Counted from the first letter of the stretch, positions 10,052-20,368 are shown. The stretch: 32,000 bases of DNA from Mycolicibacterium smegmatis (GCF_001457595.1 NZ_LN831039.1:4710001-4742000); one strand, 5' to 3'. Notes: generated by a model from the letters alone, not told the origin. Program-made: numbers and translations.

Positions 10052-10171
10052 GATTGTTCCCACCTTCGTTGCTGGTGTGTTTGCGTACTCGGCGATGACA
10101 CTAGTCCACACGGCCCGCTGTCACGCGCCTTCGACGCGGCCAGATCCATATTGCGGCAACGCCCGTGCGCA

Positions 10172-11422
10172 TCAGTCCAGCTTCGTGGTCTCCAGCACAA
10201 CCCCCGCCGCGGGCAGCCTGGTGAGCAGCGCATCGCCCATTGCTGCGGCCGGGGTCAGCACGCCGTGCAGGCCGGAAAGCTTGTCGCGGTCGGTGGCCAG
10301 TGCCAGGCCGCATTCACCCAGCAGCACCGCGGTCGCCTTGTACCCGGGATCGCCCTGCTGGGCCATGGTCGCCACGTAGCGGGCGCCCGAGGTCGTGGTG
10401 GTGTAGGTCTCGACGCGGTAGTGCCCACGTTCGCGGGTCTGCTCGCTGGGCCCGGTGCCCGGCTTGGGCAGCACACGCTCGAGCAGACCCGAGGGAATCT
10501 TGTCGAAGAACCGCCCACCGAGGCCCATCGTCGCGGCGTTGGACGCCGTGACCAGTGCCGCCGCGATCGGCGCGGCCGGCGAACGGCCACAGCTCATCTG
10601 CTCTGCGTAGGCGAACCTGCGGCCGTACGCGTAGTCCAGCAACGCATTGCTGCGCCGCACGATTCGCGTGTTCGGACCGGCCATCGCGAATGCCCCGGTC
10701 CAGTACCCCGCCAGTTCGGGCGCGATCTCGCTGCCGCGGCGCCACCGCACGTCGGGCTGATCCCCCAGCTCGGGCTCGCGGCTGCGGTCGGGGCTCAGCG
10801 TGTACGGATCGGTCATCGCCGCGCGAGCGGCCGGATCGGTCGACGACGTACGCAGCACCTCGATCATCGACGCCGCGGTGCCACCCGAGACACCGCCTGC
10901 GAACGAACGCAGCACCAGATCGGTGTCGACGAGTTCGCCCGCGCCGTCGGCGGTGGCACGCCGGTGCAACGCGAAGACCGTCAGATCGGAAGGCACGGAA
11001 TCGAATCCGCACGAGTGCACGATCCGCGCGCCGGTGTCGACTGCCTGCTGGTGATACCGGTCGATGCTGTCGCGGATGAACATCGTCTCGCCGGTCAGGT
11101 CGGCGTAATCGGTGCCCGCGGCCGCGCACGCGGCGACCAGCGGCAGGCCGTAACGCGTGTAGGGGCCGACCGTGGTCACCACGACACGGGTGCGCGCGGC
11201 CATGTCCGCCAGCGTCGACGGGTTGTCGGCGTCGGCGATCACCAGCGGCCAGTCGGCCGCGGCACCGCCGATGCTGTCGCGGGCGGCCTGCAACTTCTCG
11301 GCCGACCGGCCGGCCAGGGCGATACGCGCGTCACCGGCGGCGCCCGCCAGGTATTGCGCGGTCAGCTTGCCGGCAAACCCGGTTGCGCCGTACAGGACGA
11401 GGTCGAACTCACGCTGCGTCAC
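10172..11422 (-). CDS. saccharopine dehydrogenase-fold NAD(P)-binding protein (Rv2449c-like)
   Basis: ORF 10172..11647 trimmed to GTG 11422 (VTQREFDLVLYGATGFAGKL, a Rossmann GxxGxxG), 416 aa. The upstream part of the ORF is out-of-frame readthrough of the S9 peptidase gene. Starts 10 nt after the peptidase stop. Confidence 0.85.
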   Translation of the reverse strand: MTQREFDLVLYGATGFAGKLTAQYLAGAAGDARIALAGRSAEKLQAARDSIGGAAADWPLVIADADNPSTLADMAARTRVVVTTVGPYTRYGLPLVAACAAAGTDYADLTGETMFIRDSIDRYHQQAVDTGARIVHSCGFDSVPSDLTVFALHRRATADGAGELVDTDLVLRSFAGGVSGGTAASMIEVLRTSSTDPAARAAMTDPYTLSPDRSREPELGDQPDVRWRRGSEIAPELAGYWTGAFAMAGPNTRIVRRSNALLDYAYGRRFAYAEQMSCGRSPAAPIAAALVTASNAATMGLGGRFFDKIPSGLLERVLPKPGTGPSEQTRERGHYRVETYTTTTSGARYVATMAQQGDPGYKATAVLLGECGLALATDRDKLSGLHGVLTPAAAMGDALLTRLPAAGVVLETTKLD

Positions 11423-11432
11423 GGCCCCGACG

Positions 11433-13424
11433 CTACCCGAGCAACTCCGGCCACTGTGCGGGCTCGTTACGCAAGTTCTCGTCGAGGAACGCGGTGACCA
11501 CCTGATACCAGAGCTTGGCGTGCTGCGGTGTGAGCACCCAGTGGTTCTCGGCCGGGTAGTAGAGGAACCGGTGCGGACTGTCCCCGTTGTCGTCGGCGGG
11601 CAGGGCCGATTCGGTGAGCAGTTCGTACCACAGCCGCAGGGCCTCACCGATGGGCACGCGGTAGTCCTTGTCGCCGTGGATCACCAGCATCGGGGTGTTG
11701 ATCTGGTCGACGAACCGGTGCGGTGAATTCCGTTGCATCATCTCAGGCGTCATCTCCCGCGCCCACCAGTAGGCGCCGTCGGTCGTGGGCGCGAACTGAT
11801 CGAGCGCCCACAGGCTCGCGTGTGTGACGATCGCGTCGAACCGGTCGGTGTGACCGGCGACCCAGTTCGCCATGTAGCCGCCGAACGAGCCGCCCATGGC
11901 CGCGGTGCGCGACGCGTCGACACGCGGATGCTCACATGCGGCATCGGTCGCGGCCATGAGATCGGTGTAGGGCGCCTCACCCCACGCACCCCAGCCGCGT
12001 GCGATGAAGTCCTGGCCGTAGCCCGTCGACAGCGCGGGATCGGGCATGAGCACCGCGTAGCCGTGCGCGGTCAGCAGCCACGGGTTCCAGCGCCAGTGCC
12101 AGGTGTTCCAGCTGCCCAGCGGTCCGCCGTGCACCCACAGCACCAGCGGCGCGGGATCGGTGGACTCGGGCAGCGTCAGCCACGAGCGCACGGGCGTACC
12201 GTCCTCGGCCGTCGCGGTGATCTCGGTGAGGCTGCCGGGCAGTGCGGGTGCGTCGAAGCACGGCAGCTCGGTCACGGTGCCGTCGGGATCGATGCGCACC
12301 GGATGCGGTGGGACGGCGTAGGAACTGCGCAGCGCGTAGATGATCCCGCCGGGCGCCGGGCAGACATCGGTGTAGGTGTGATCGTCGTCGGTCAGCCGCG
12401 TCACGGTCCCGGTGTCGGGGTGGACGGAGAAGACGGGTCCGCGGCCGTTGTCGTCCGCGGTGACGATCAGGGCCGACGCGTCGGCAGACCAGGCCAGCCA
12501 CGACGGCCACCGGTCCCATTCGGTGGCCACTTCCGCCCACTCGCCCAACTGTTCGTCGTCGTTACCGAATCGCATGCAGCACAGGGTGATTCGTGGTGGC
12601 TCTGTGGGTGTGGAGTGCGTTTCACGGGTGAACGCGAGCGCGCCGCCGTCGGGCGCGATCACGGGATGTTCCAGGTCGGCCTGCGGATCCTCGGCGATCG
12701 TGGTCCGCGCCCCGGTCTCCCGGTCGATGCGGACCAGCGTCGAGCGGGTCGCCGCGCCGGGTGCCGGCACGTGCCAGGTCGCCACCACGAACGCACCGTC
12801 GGGGCTGACGTCGAATGTGCTCTCCCGCAACGCGACACCCGGGCGCTCGGTGAGATTGCGTGCGCCGTCGGCATCGAACAGATGGGGCAGGTCGGGCCCG
12901 AGGTCGTGGTCCCACTGCCGCACCGGATATCCGGTGTGCAGGATGGCCGACACCTTGTTGTCCTTGCGCGCCTTGCGCAGTGACCGGTCGGCCTCGACGT
13001 CCGCGGCCGACGGCAACAACGGTGCTGCCACGACGGTCACGTCCGCTGTGCGGGCGCTCGCCGCCGCGCTGACACCACCGGGCAGGCTCAGCATCTCGTG
13101 GGCCTCCCCGCCGTGCGCAGGTAGCCGCCACAGCGCGGCGGGCGGTTTCTCGTCGTCCTCGGTGGGCCGGACCGCGAGGAACAACACGTCGCCGTCCGCT
13201 GTGAACACCGGCGCCGATTCCCCTTTGAGCCCGCGGGTCAGCCGGCGCGCCGGTTGCTGCCCGGCCGGATCCAATTCCCATAACGCGGTGACGAATTCGG
13301 TCCGTTTCGCATTGAGTGTGCTGACCGTGGTGACCACGCGCGTGCCGTCCGGCGAGACTGCCAGTCCAGAAACTCGCGGGAGGTCGAGATAGGCGTCGAG
13401 GTCGTGAAACGGCGTGGAATTCAT
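11433..13424 (-). CDS. S9-family serine peptidase (prolyl oligopeptidase / acylaminoacyl peptidase type)
   Basis: 663 aa with an N-terminal beta-propeller-like region and a C-terminal alpha/beta hydrolase carrying the nucleophile motif GGSFGGYM and a late HGDKD..H triad context. Confidence 0.9.
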   Translation of the reverse strand: MNSTPFHDLDAYLDLPRVSGLAVSPDGTRVVTTVSTLNAKRTEFVTALWELDPAGQQPARRLTRGLKGESAPVFTADGDVLFLAVRPTEDDEKPPAALWRLPAHGGEAHEMLSLPGGVSAAASARTADVTVVAAPLLPSAADVEADRSLRKARKDNKVSAILHTGYPVRQWDHDLGPDLPHLFDADGARNLTERPGVALRESTFDVSPDGAFVVATWHVPAPGAATRSTLVRIDRETGARTTIAEDPQADLEHPVIAPDGGALAFTRETHSTPTEPPRITLCCMRFGNDDEQLGEWAEVATEWDRWPSWLAWSADASALIVTADDNGRGPVFSVHPDTGTVTRLTDDDHTYTDVCPAPGGIIYALRSSYAVPPHPVRIDPDGTVTELPCFDAPALPGSLTEITATAEDGTPVRSWLTLPESTDPAPLVLWVHGGPLGSWNTWHWRWNPWLLTAHGYAVLMPDPALSTGYGQDFIARGWGAWGEAPYTDLMAATDAACEHPRVDASRTAAMGGSFGGYMANWVAGHTDRFDAIVTHASLWALDQFAPTTDGAYWWAREMTPEMMQRNSPHRFVDQINTPMLVIHGDKDYRVPIGEALRLWYELLTESALPADDNGDSPHRFLYYPAENHWVLTPQHAKLWYQVVTAFLDENLRNEPAQWPELLG

Positions 13425-13440
13425 GCTTCGTTGCTAGCAC

Positions 13441-13459
13441 ATCCGGACTTCATCCGGAT
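13441..13459. promoter_or_regulatory. inverted/direct repeat in the divergent peptidase-amt intergenic region
   Basis: ATCCGGA-cttca-TCCGGAT (7-bp arms). Because TCCGGA is self-complementary, it also reads as the direct repeat CATCCGGA x2 (13440-13447, 13451-13458). Lies 17-35 nt upstream of the peptidase ATG. Confidence 0.3.
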
Positions 13460-13581
13460 TTAACGCGAGGTGATCGGCGGGACACACAGCAAGGGTTAGC
13501 GTACGACCGGTACACCGTCAGTACCCCGGAAATCCTACGAAGAAACACCCCTTTCAACTCCTTCCCCCTGCGGAGGTTTTT

Positions 13582-14931
13582 GTGCCACCTGACGTACAAG
13601 ACGCCCTCGACACGATGGCGACGATCAACAACGAGTTCTACTACTGGGTGTCCATCGCGTTGATGTTCCTCATCCACGCGGGGTTCCTCGCCTACGAGGT
13701 CGGCGCATCCAGGTCGAAGAACGTGCTTGCCACCGCGATGAAGAACCTGCTGGCCCTGGCCACCATCATCGCGTCCTTCTACTTCGTCGGCTGGTTCCTC
13801 TACAACGCGATGCCCAGCGGGTTCATCGAGTTCAACGAGGCAGCCAAGGCTGCGCTCCCGTGGGGCGACAACATGGGGCCCAACGTCCAGGACTCGGCCA
13901 GCGGCATCTTCTGGGGCGCGTTCGCGCTGTTCGCCGCGACCACCGGGTCGATCATGTCCGGCGCGGTGCTCGAACGCATCCGCACCAGCGGATTCCTCAT
14001 TCTCACAGTGCTCGTCGGTTCGGTGACCTGGATAATCGGCGCCGCGTGGGGCTGGCACGGCGCCGGCTGGATGCTGACCAAGCTGGGCTTCCATGACGTG
14101 GGTGCCGCGGGCTGCGTCCACATGATCGCGGGCTTCGCGACCCTCGGCGTTCTGATCAACCTCGGTCCGCGTATCGGACGCTTCTTGCCCGACGGCACCC
14201 CGGTGACCATCCGTCCGCACAACCTGCCGCTGACCATGCTGGGCCTGATGCTCATCTTCACGGGCTTCTTCGGCTTCCTGATGGGCTGCATCATCTACGC
14301 GGGCGACGGCCTGACGACCATCTACGCGAGCCCGACGACCATGAGCGCGTTCGCATTCAACACCCTGATGGGCCTGGGCGGTGGCATCATCGGCGCCTAC
14401 CTGACATCCAAGGGTGAACCGTTCTGGACCATCTCGGGTGGTCTGTGCGGTGTCATCGGCGTCGCCGCGGGCATGGATCTGTACCACCCGACGCTGGCCT
14501 TCGTCATCGCGTTCGGTGCCGGTGCGGTCGCTCCGTTCATCGGCAGGCTGCTGGAGAAGTTCAAGATCGACGACGTGGTTGGTGCGGTTTCCGTGCACGG
14601 CGGCATCGGCCTGTACTCGCTGCTGATGTCCGGCATCTTCCTGCACGGCTACCCGAACACCGGTGGCAACCCGTCCATCTCGTTGTGGGGCCAGGCGATC
14701 GGCGCCGCGGTGTTCGCCGCTCTGGGCTTCATCCCGACGTACGTCGTTTCGCTGGGACTCAAGAAGGTTGGGCTGCTGCGCATCCCGAAGGAAGTCGAGG
14801 AGCAGGGCCTGGACCTCACCGAGGTTCCCGCCACCCCGTACCCCGAGGGCATCCCGGTCACGGCCATGCCGGTCAACGGCAACGGCCATGCCAAGACCAA
14901 CGGCAAACTCGTCACCACCGCGGAGGTGTAA
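13582..14931 (+). CDS. amt: ammonium/methylammonium transporter, AMT1-like clade of the Amt/Mep/Rh family
   Basis: 449 aa with about 11 TM segments. Twin-His motifs (AAGCVHMIAG, AVSVHGGIG). The N-terminal signature HAGFLAYEVGASRSKN resembles AMT1 GFAMLxxGxVRxKN rather than AmtB PGxALFYGG. GGAGG (13572-13576) lies 5 nt before GTG 13582. Confidence 0.93.
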   Translation: MPPDVQDALDTMATINNEFYYWVSIALMFLIHAGFLAYEVGASRSKNVLATAMKNLLALATIIASFYFVGWFLYNAMPSGFIEFNEAAKAALPWGDNMGPNVQDSASGIFWGAFALFAATTGSIMSGAVLERIRTSGFLILTVLVGSVTWIIGAAWGWHGAGWMLTKLGFHDVGAAGCVHMIAGFATLGVLINLGPRIGRFLPDGTPVTIRPHNLPLTMLGLMLIFTGFFGFLMGCIIYAGDGLTTIYASPTTMSAFAFNTLMGLGGGIIGAYLTSKGEPFWTISGGLCGVIGVAAGMDLYHPTLAFVIAFGAGAVAPFIGRLLEKFKIDDVVGAVSVHGGIGLYSLLMSGIFLHGYPNTGGNPSISLWGQAIGAAVFAALGFIPTYVVSLGLKKVGLLRIPKEVEEQGLDLTEVPATPYPEGIPVTAMPVNGNGHAKTNGKLVTTAEV

Positions 14932-14934
14932 CTT

Positions 14935-15153
14935 ATGTTCAGTCCGATCGACAGTTACGACGATGCCTCGGTGGTCTTCACGTTCGGCGGATACTCCGTG
15001 GGCGTGTGGGTCTTCTTCCTCCTCTCACTGGCGCTCTTCGTGGGCTTCTTCGTCCGGATGATCCAGCACGAGAACAGGGCGTACAAGGCCATCATCGAGC
15101 ACAAGCCCGTCGAACCCGGGCCGGCCGCCGAAGGCGAACCGACCCCCTACTGA
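14935..15153 (+). CDS. 72-aa single-pass membrane protein translationally coupled to amt
   Basis: ATG lies 3 nt after the amt TAA. GGAGG (14922-14926) inside the amt 3' end is 8 nt upstream. One clear TM helix (VGVWVFFLLSLALFVGFFV) and a charged/Pro-rich tail. Followed by the terminator. Confidence 0.7.
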   Translation: MFSPIDSYDDASVVFTFGGYSVGVWVFFLLSLALFVGFFVRMIQHENRAYKAIIEHKPVEPGPAAEGEPTPY

Positions 15154-15194
15154 TCCCACCGGATTGTCAACCGAACACAACCGAATACGACGAG

Positions 15195-15228
15195 AAGCGC
15201 CCCGGCCATTCGGCCGGGGCGCTTTTCT
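15195..15228. terminator. bidirectional intrinsic terminator between the convergent amt and N-demethylase operons
   Basis: AAGCGCCCCGGCC (15195-15207), loop ATTC, GGCCGGGGCGCTT (15212-15224), then TTCTC. A 13-bp perfect GC-rich stem. Sits 42 nt after the small ORF stop and 10 nt from the DUF3445 stop. Confidence 0.65.
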
Positions 15229-15237
15229 CGGTGATCT

Positions 15238-16230
15238 CTAGTGGCGTGCAAGCCATTCCACGGCGCGGTCGCGGTAGCCGATGATGCCCTTGTAGTCGGC
15301 CATGTCATCGGGCAGGTCGGCCAGCACCGCCGCGAGCCGGTCGCGCCACGGCCCGACCGTGGCGATGTCGGCGAACGGCAGCATGTACGTGCGGATCAAA
15401 AAGCAGATCGCGCCCGACTCCGGCAGCCGGATCAGGTGCTGCAACTCGACACGCAGATGCACCAGGCGGCCGAACGTCTCGTCGTCGACGCCGTTGATCA
15501 TCGCCCGGTCCGGGCCCCATTCCGGGTACCGCTCGGTCGACACGTCGAGTTTGCGCCCGATGGTGAGCGTCCAGTTGGTGCGCCGGTAGGTTTCGCCCGG
15601 CTGCAACCGCATCAGGAACTGGCGTGCGCGGGTGATCACACCGGTCTCCCGCAATCGCGGTACCGGGCCGTGGATCTCCAGGAACGTCATCCCGACGTCG
15701 AACCCGAACGACCAGTCCGCGGCGAAGGTCACCACGCCGGCGTCGCCGAACAGATCGTCGTCACGCTGGTCGAGCAGCACGATGTCGTCCTGCACCTGCC
15801 CGGCGATGTAGGCCAGCGGTTCGGACGGAAGCGTCGACTCGTCACCGTAGGTGAAGCTCTGCGAGATCCCGAGACGCTTGTTCTCCCAGTGCCACACGCC
15901 GTCGCTCTCGGTCAGTGACATGGTGTCGGGGTAGGCCGTGGCCATCTCCCGCATGAGCGTCACCATGGCATCCCAGCACGCCGCGCGCATGTGCGGCAGC
16001 ACGGCGTACCGGGTCGGGTCGGCTGCGAGAATCTCTGCGCGCTGGGCGAGTTCGTGTTCGTACTCGCTGTCGATGTCGACGACGCGTTCGCCCCACTGTC
16101 CCGCAGGCGTCGAGACCGCTCCGCCCGCGGGTTCGACGTTGGTGCTGTAGCGGTACCGGTCGGTGGGGAACGGGAACGGAAAGGTCTCCACCAGGTCGGG
16201 TGCGGACAGCCGTTCGGGCGTGATGGTCAC
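15238..16230 (-). CDS. heme-dependent oxidative N-demethylase alpha subunit family protein (DUF3445 / DmmC-like)
   Basis: ORF 15238..16272 trimmed to GTG 16230, which overlaps the upstream stop as GTGA (16227-16230). 330 aa. DUF3445-like features include ...HLRVELQHLIRLPESGAICFLIRTY... Confidence 0.85.
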   Translation of the reverse strand: MTITPERLSAPDLVETFPFPFPTDRYRYSTNVEPAGGAVSTPAGQWGERVVDIDSEYEHELAQRAEILAADPTRYAVLPHMRAACWDAMVTLMREMATAYPDTMSLTESDGVWHWENKRLGISQSFTYGDESTLPSEPLAYIAGQVQDDIVLLDQRDDDLFGDAGVVTFAADWSFGFDVGMTFLEIHGPVPRLRETGVITRARQFLMRLQPGETYRRTNWTLTIGRKLDVSTERYPEWGPDRAMINGVDDETFGRLVHLRVELQHLIRLPESGAICFLIRTYMLPFADIATVGPWRDRLAAVLADLPDDMADYKGIIGYRDRAVEWLARH

Positions 16231-17168
16231 AGGGCGAGCTCCAATCGTTCTCCGGCGGCGCGGGATACGCACGCCATGAGCGCATCCCCCGCCTGCTTCT
16301 CGTCGTCGCTGAGGTACGTGTCGCGGTGCAGGATGTCACCGCGGGCCACGGGGATCCGGCACTCGCCGCACACCCCCTGCCTGCACAGGTTCGGCACGTT
16401 CTGCCCGTTCTTCTCAAGGGCTTCGAGCAGTGAAACCCCCGAGGGGACGGTGAGGGTCTGCCCCGTCCCGGCGAGTTCGACCTCGAACGGTTCACCCGCG
16501 TCGAGCGCGTCGACGCCGAACCGCTCGGAGTGGATCCGGCTTGGGGGCCAACCCAGTTCGCGCGCCTGGGCGATCACGTCGTCCATGAACGTGCCAGGTC
16601 CGCACACGTACAGGTGGGTGCCGATCGGCTGGCTGATGAGCGCCGCGGTGAGTTCGGAGTGGAACCGGTCGCGGTCGGTGCAGACCCGTGCGGGCATCCC
16701 CAACTGCTCGACCTCGTCCAGGTAGGCGCCACGTCCCGCGCGGTGGATGTAGAGGAGTCGGGCGTCGGCGCCCCACCGCTTCGCGCTGTACAGGTGCGAC
16801 ATCATCGGGGTGATGCCGATGCCCGCCGCGACCAGGAGGTGCCGACGCGCCTTGTGCACCGGGGCGAACGCACTGCGTGGCGCGCTCACGTCGATGGTCT
16901 CGCCGATGCGCACCTCGTCGTGGATCCAGCGAGAACCACCGGAACCGTTCGGGCACAACAACACCGACACGACGTAGCGCATCGGGGACACTCCGTCACC
17001 GGTCAGCGAATAGGCGTTGGCGACATCACCGCACTGGAGCACCACGTGGCTGCCCGGCGGGTACGACGGCAGCGCACGACCCTCGGGATGTGCCAGGCGC
17101 AAGGTGCGCACACCCGGCACACTGTCGTCGATCTCGGTGATCACCAGTTGCATCACGGGTTGTGTCAC
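16227..17168 (-). CDS. PDR/VanB-family oxidoreductase (FMN + NAD-binding + C-terminal plant-type 2Fe-2S)
   Basis: Trimmed to GTG 17168 (GTGA overlap with the upstream stop at 17165-17168), 313 aa. Motifs: NAYSL (RxYS-like FMN site), VAAGIGITPMMS (NAD site), CRQGVCGECR...ACVS (Cx4Cx2C...C). Confidence 0.88.
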   Translation of the reverse strand: MTQPVMQLVITEIDDSVPGVRTLRLAHPEGRALPSYPPGSHVVLQCGDVANAYSLTGDGVSPMRYVVSVLLCPNGSGGSRWIHDEVRIGETIDVSAPRSAFAPVHKARRHLLVAAGIGITPMMSHLYSAKRWGADARLLYIHRAGRGAYLDEVEQLGMPARVCTDRDRFHSELTAALISQPIGTHLYVCGPGTFMDDVIAQARELGWPPSRIHSERFGVDALDAGEPFEVELAGTGQTLTVPSGVSLLEALEKNGQNVPNLCRQGVCGECRIPVARGDILHRDTYLSDDEKQAGDALMACVSRAAGERLELAL

Positions 17169-17695
17169 GGGGTCACCACCTGCTGCTCGGCATCCACCAT
17201 GTATCCCAGGAACGCACCGGCCCGGCGCGAAACGTGGTAGTGCACCACGAGTTTGCGCCCGCATCCGGTGCAGCCCACCAGGCCGTCGATCTCGACCGCG
17301 GCGGTGGTGACGGCGCGGCAGTGCGTACAGAACACGTCGCGGTGGGCGACCTCGGTGCTCGCGATCGTGATCTCGTCGTCGGCGATACCGTGCGCGAGGG
17401 CGTGGGCACGCACACGCAGATTCAGGTGAGCGGGGCCGGCGGTCATCAGTCGCCAGCCCACCACCGCGGTGGCGACCGCCGCGTCGATGACCGCGCGGGC
17501 CTGCTCGTCGGTGTCGACGCGGTGCACCTCGACGCTGTTGCGGTGGTCACCGAGTTGACCCTCCCACCGCGTGATCACGTCCTGGGCGTGACCGATCGCG
17601 ATGATTGTCCAGGCCCGTCCCGACGTATCCGCGTCGGGCACGGTGGCGGTGATGGTCCATGGCGGCACGCTGGTCAACTCCAGAGCAGGTCTCAT
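17165..17695 (-). CDS. DmmA-like / HODM gamma-like small subunit with C-terminal CxxC...CxxC
   Basis: ORF 17165..18490 trimmed to ATG 17695 (MRPALELTSVPPWTITA), 176 aa, with GGAAGGAAGG upstream. C-terminal CTHCRAV...GCTGCGRKL is zinc-ribbon-like. The rest of the long ORF is antisense to the FAD monooxygenase gene. Confidence 0.7.
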   Translation of the reverse strand: MRPALELTSVPPWTITATVPDADTSGRAWTIIAIGHAQDVITRWEGQLGDHRNSVEVHRVDTDEQARAVIDAAVATAVVGWRLMTAGPAHLNLRVRAHALAHGIADDEITIASTEVAHRDVFCTHCRAVTTAAVEIDGLVGCTGCGRKLVVHYHVSRRAGAFLGYMVDAEQQVVTP

Positions 17696-17754
17696 CGGCC
17701 CTTCCTTCCGGTGGCCCGTTCGGGACACCTCGGGTAAACACGTATCGCCGCCAG

Positions 17755-17773
17755 GAAACCACCGGTTGGTTTC
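17755..17773. promoter_or_regulatory. palindrome in the divergent promoter region (candidate operator)
   Basis: GAAACCA-ccggt-TGGTTTC (7-bp arms), centred between the DmmA-like ATG (17695) and the FAD monooxygenase ATG (17861). Confidence 0.3.
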
Positions 17774-17848
17774 GCCGTTGTGAAGTCGATGTCTCAACCT
17801 TTTGACGGCCTGGCCGAATCCCGCGCACCAGCCCGGTTGCGGCCCCGA

Positions 17849-17860
17849 TACATTCGACGG

Positions 17861-17861
<1 letters not shown>
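17849..17861 (+). promoter_or_regulatory. candidate -10 element giving a leaderless FAD-monooxygenase mRNA
   Basis: TACATT (17849-17854, TANNNT), 6 nt, then ATG 17861. Same geometry as valS and ndk. Confidence 0.4.
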
Positions 17862-19539
<1,678 letters not shown>

Positions 19540-19576
19540 TCACATTTCTGCAACCGCGCGATCACTAATGGGTTCG

Positions 19577-19592
19577 CGTGAGCCACGTCACG
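19577..19592. promoter_or_regulatory. CRP/FNR-type palindrome upstream of the first rpf gene
   Basis: CGTGA-gccacg-TCACG. The arms extend to CGCGTGA/TCACGCG (19575-19594). Matches the TGTGA-N6-TCACA class. Lies 86-101 nt upstream of ATG 19491. Confidence 0.45.
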
Positions 19593-19658
19593 CGTTACAC
19601 AGGAGGCTGAAGTTTTTTTCGGGGCGGGCGTTCTTCAGGTGGCAGAAGGGCCTGGAGA

Positions 19659-19692
19659 GGAAACAGAAACGGTGCCGAGCAATGCCCGACAC
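19659..19692 (-). terminator. candidate intrinsic terminator after the second rpf gene
   Basis: Minus-strand GUGUCGGG-CAUUG-CUCGGCAC (8 bp including 2 G-U pairs), followed by CGUUUCUGUUUCC. Begins ~30 nt after the TAG. Confidence 0.35.
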
Positions 19693-19723
19693 CCGCTTCT
19701 GACCTGCTCGAAAGCAGCTTCGA

Positions 19724-20224
<501 letters not shown>

Positions 20225-20333
20225 TCACACGCAGGTTCGTGGTTTTGAAATTGTTTGCCCTCATCGGGGCTCGGGTAGAAACCTACAAAGGTCTCGAAGC
20301 GAAGTCATGTCGGTGTCGGACCGATCCCGGGCA

Positions 20334-20368
20334 GATAACGGTCCGATAACGACTCGATGAGATAAACG
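20334..20368. repeat. phased direct repeats GATAACG (x2, 11-bp period) plus GATAAACG
   Basis: GATAACG at 20334-20340 and 20345-20351, and GATAAACG at 20361-20368. A further GATAACG lies at 20656-20662. Confidence 0.35.

Noticed and set aside
13459-13581. GlnR box (gTnAC-N6-GaAAC type) upstream of amt and in 17696-17860.
   Set aside because: Only partial elements are present (AC-N9-AC, isolated GAAAC/GAAAT). No properly spaced a-site/b-site pair was found by eye. Kept as an open question inside the findings rather than annotated.
19601-19625. AGGAGG followed by a T7 run (aggaggctgaagtttttttcgggg) on the plus strand between the two rpf genes, considered as a small-ORF start or plus-strand terminator.
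   Set aside because: No start codon lies at a suitable distance after AGGAGG, and no stem-loop immediately precedes the T-run. The only pairing is CTGAAG/CTTCAG with a 20-nt loop spanning the T-run.
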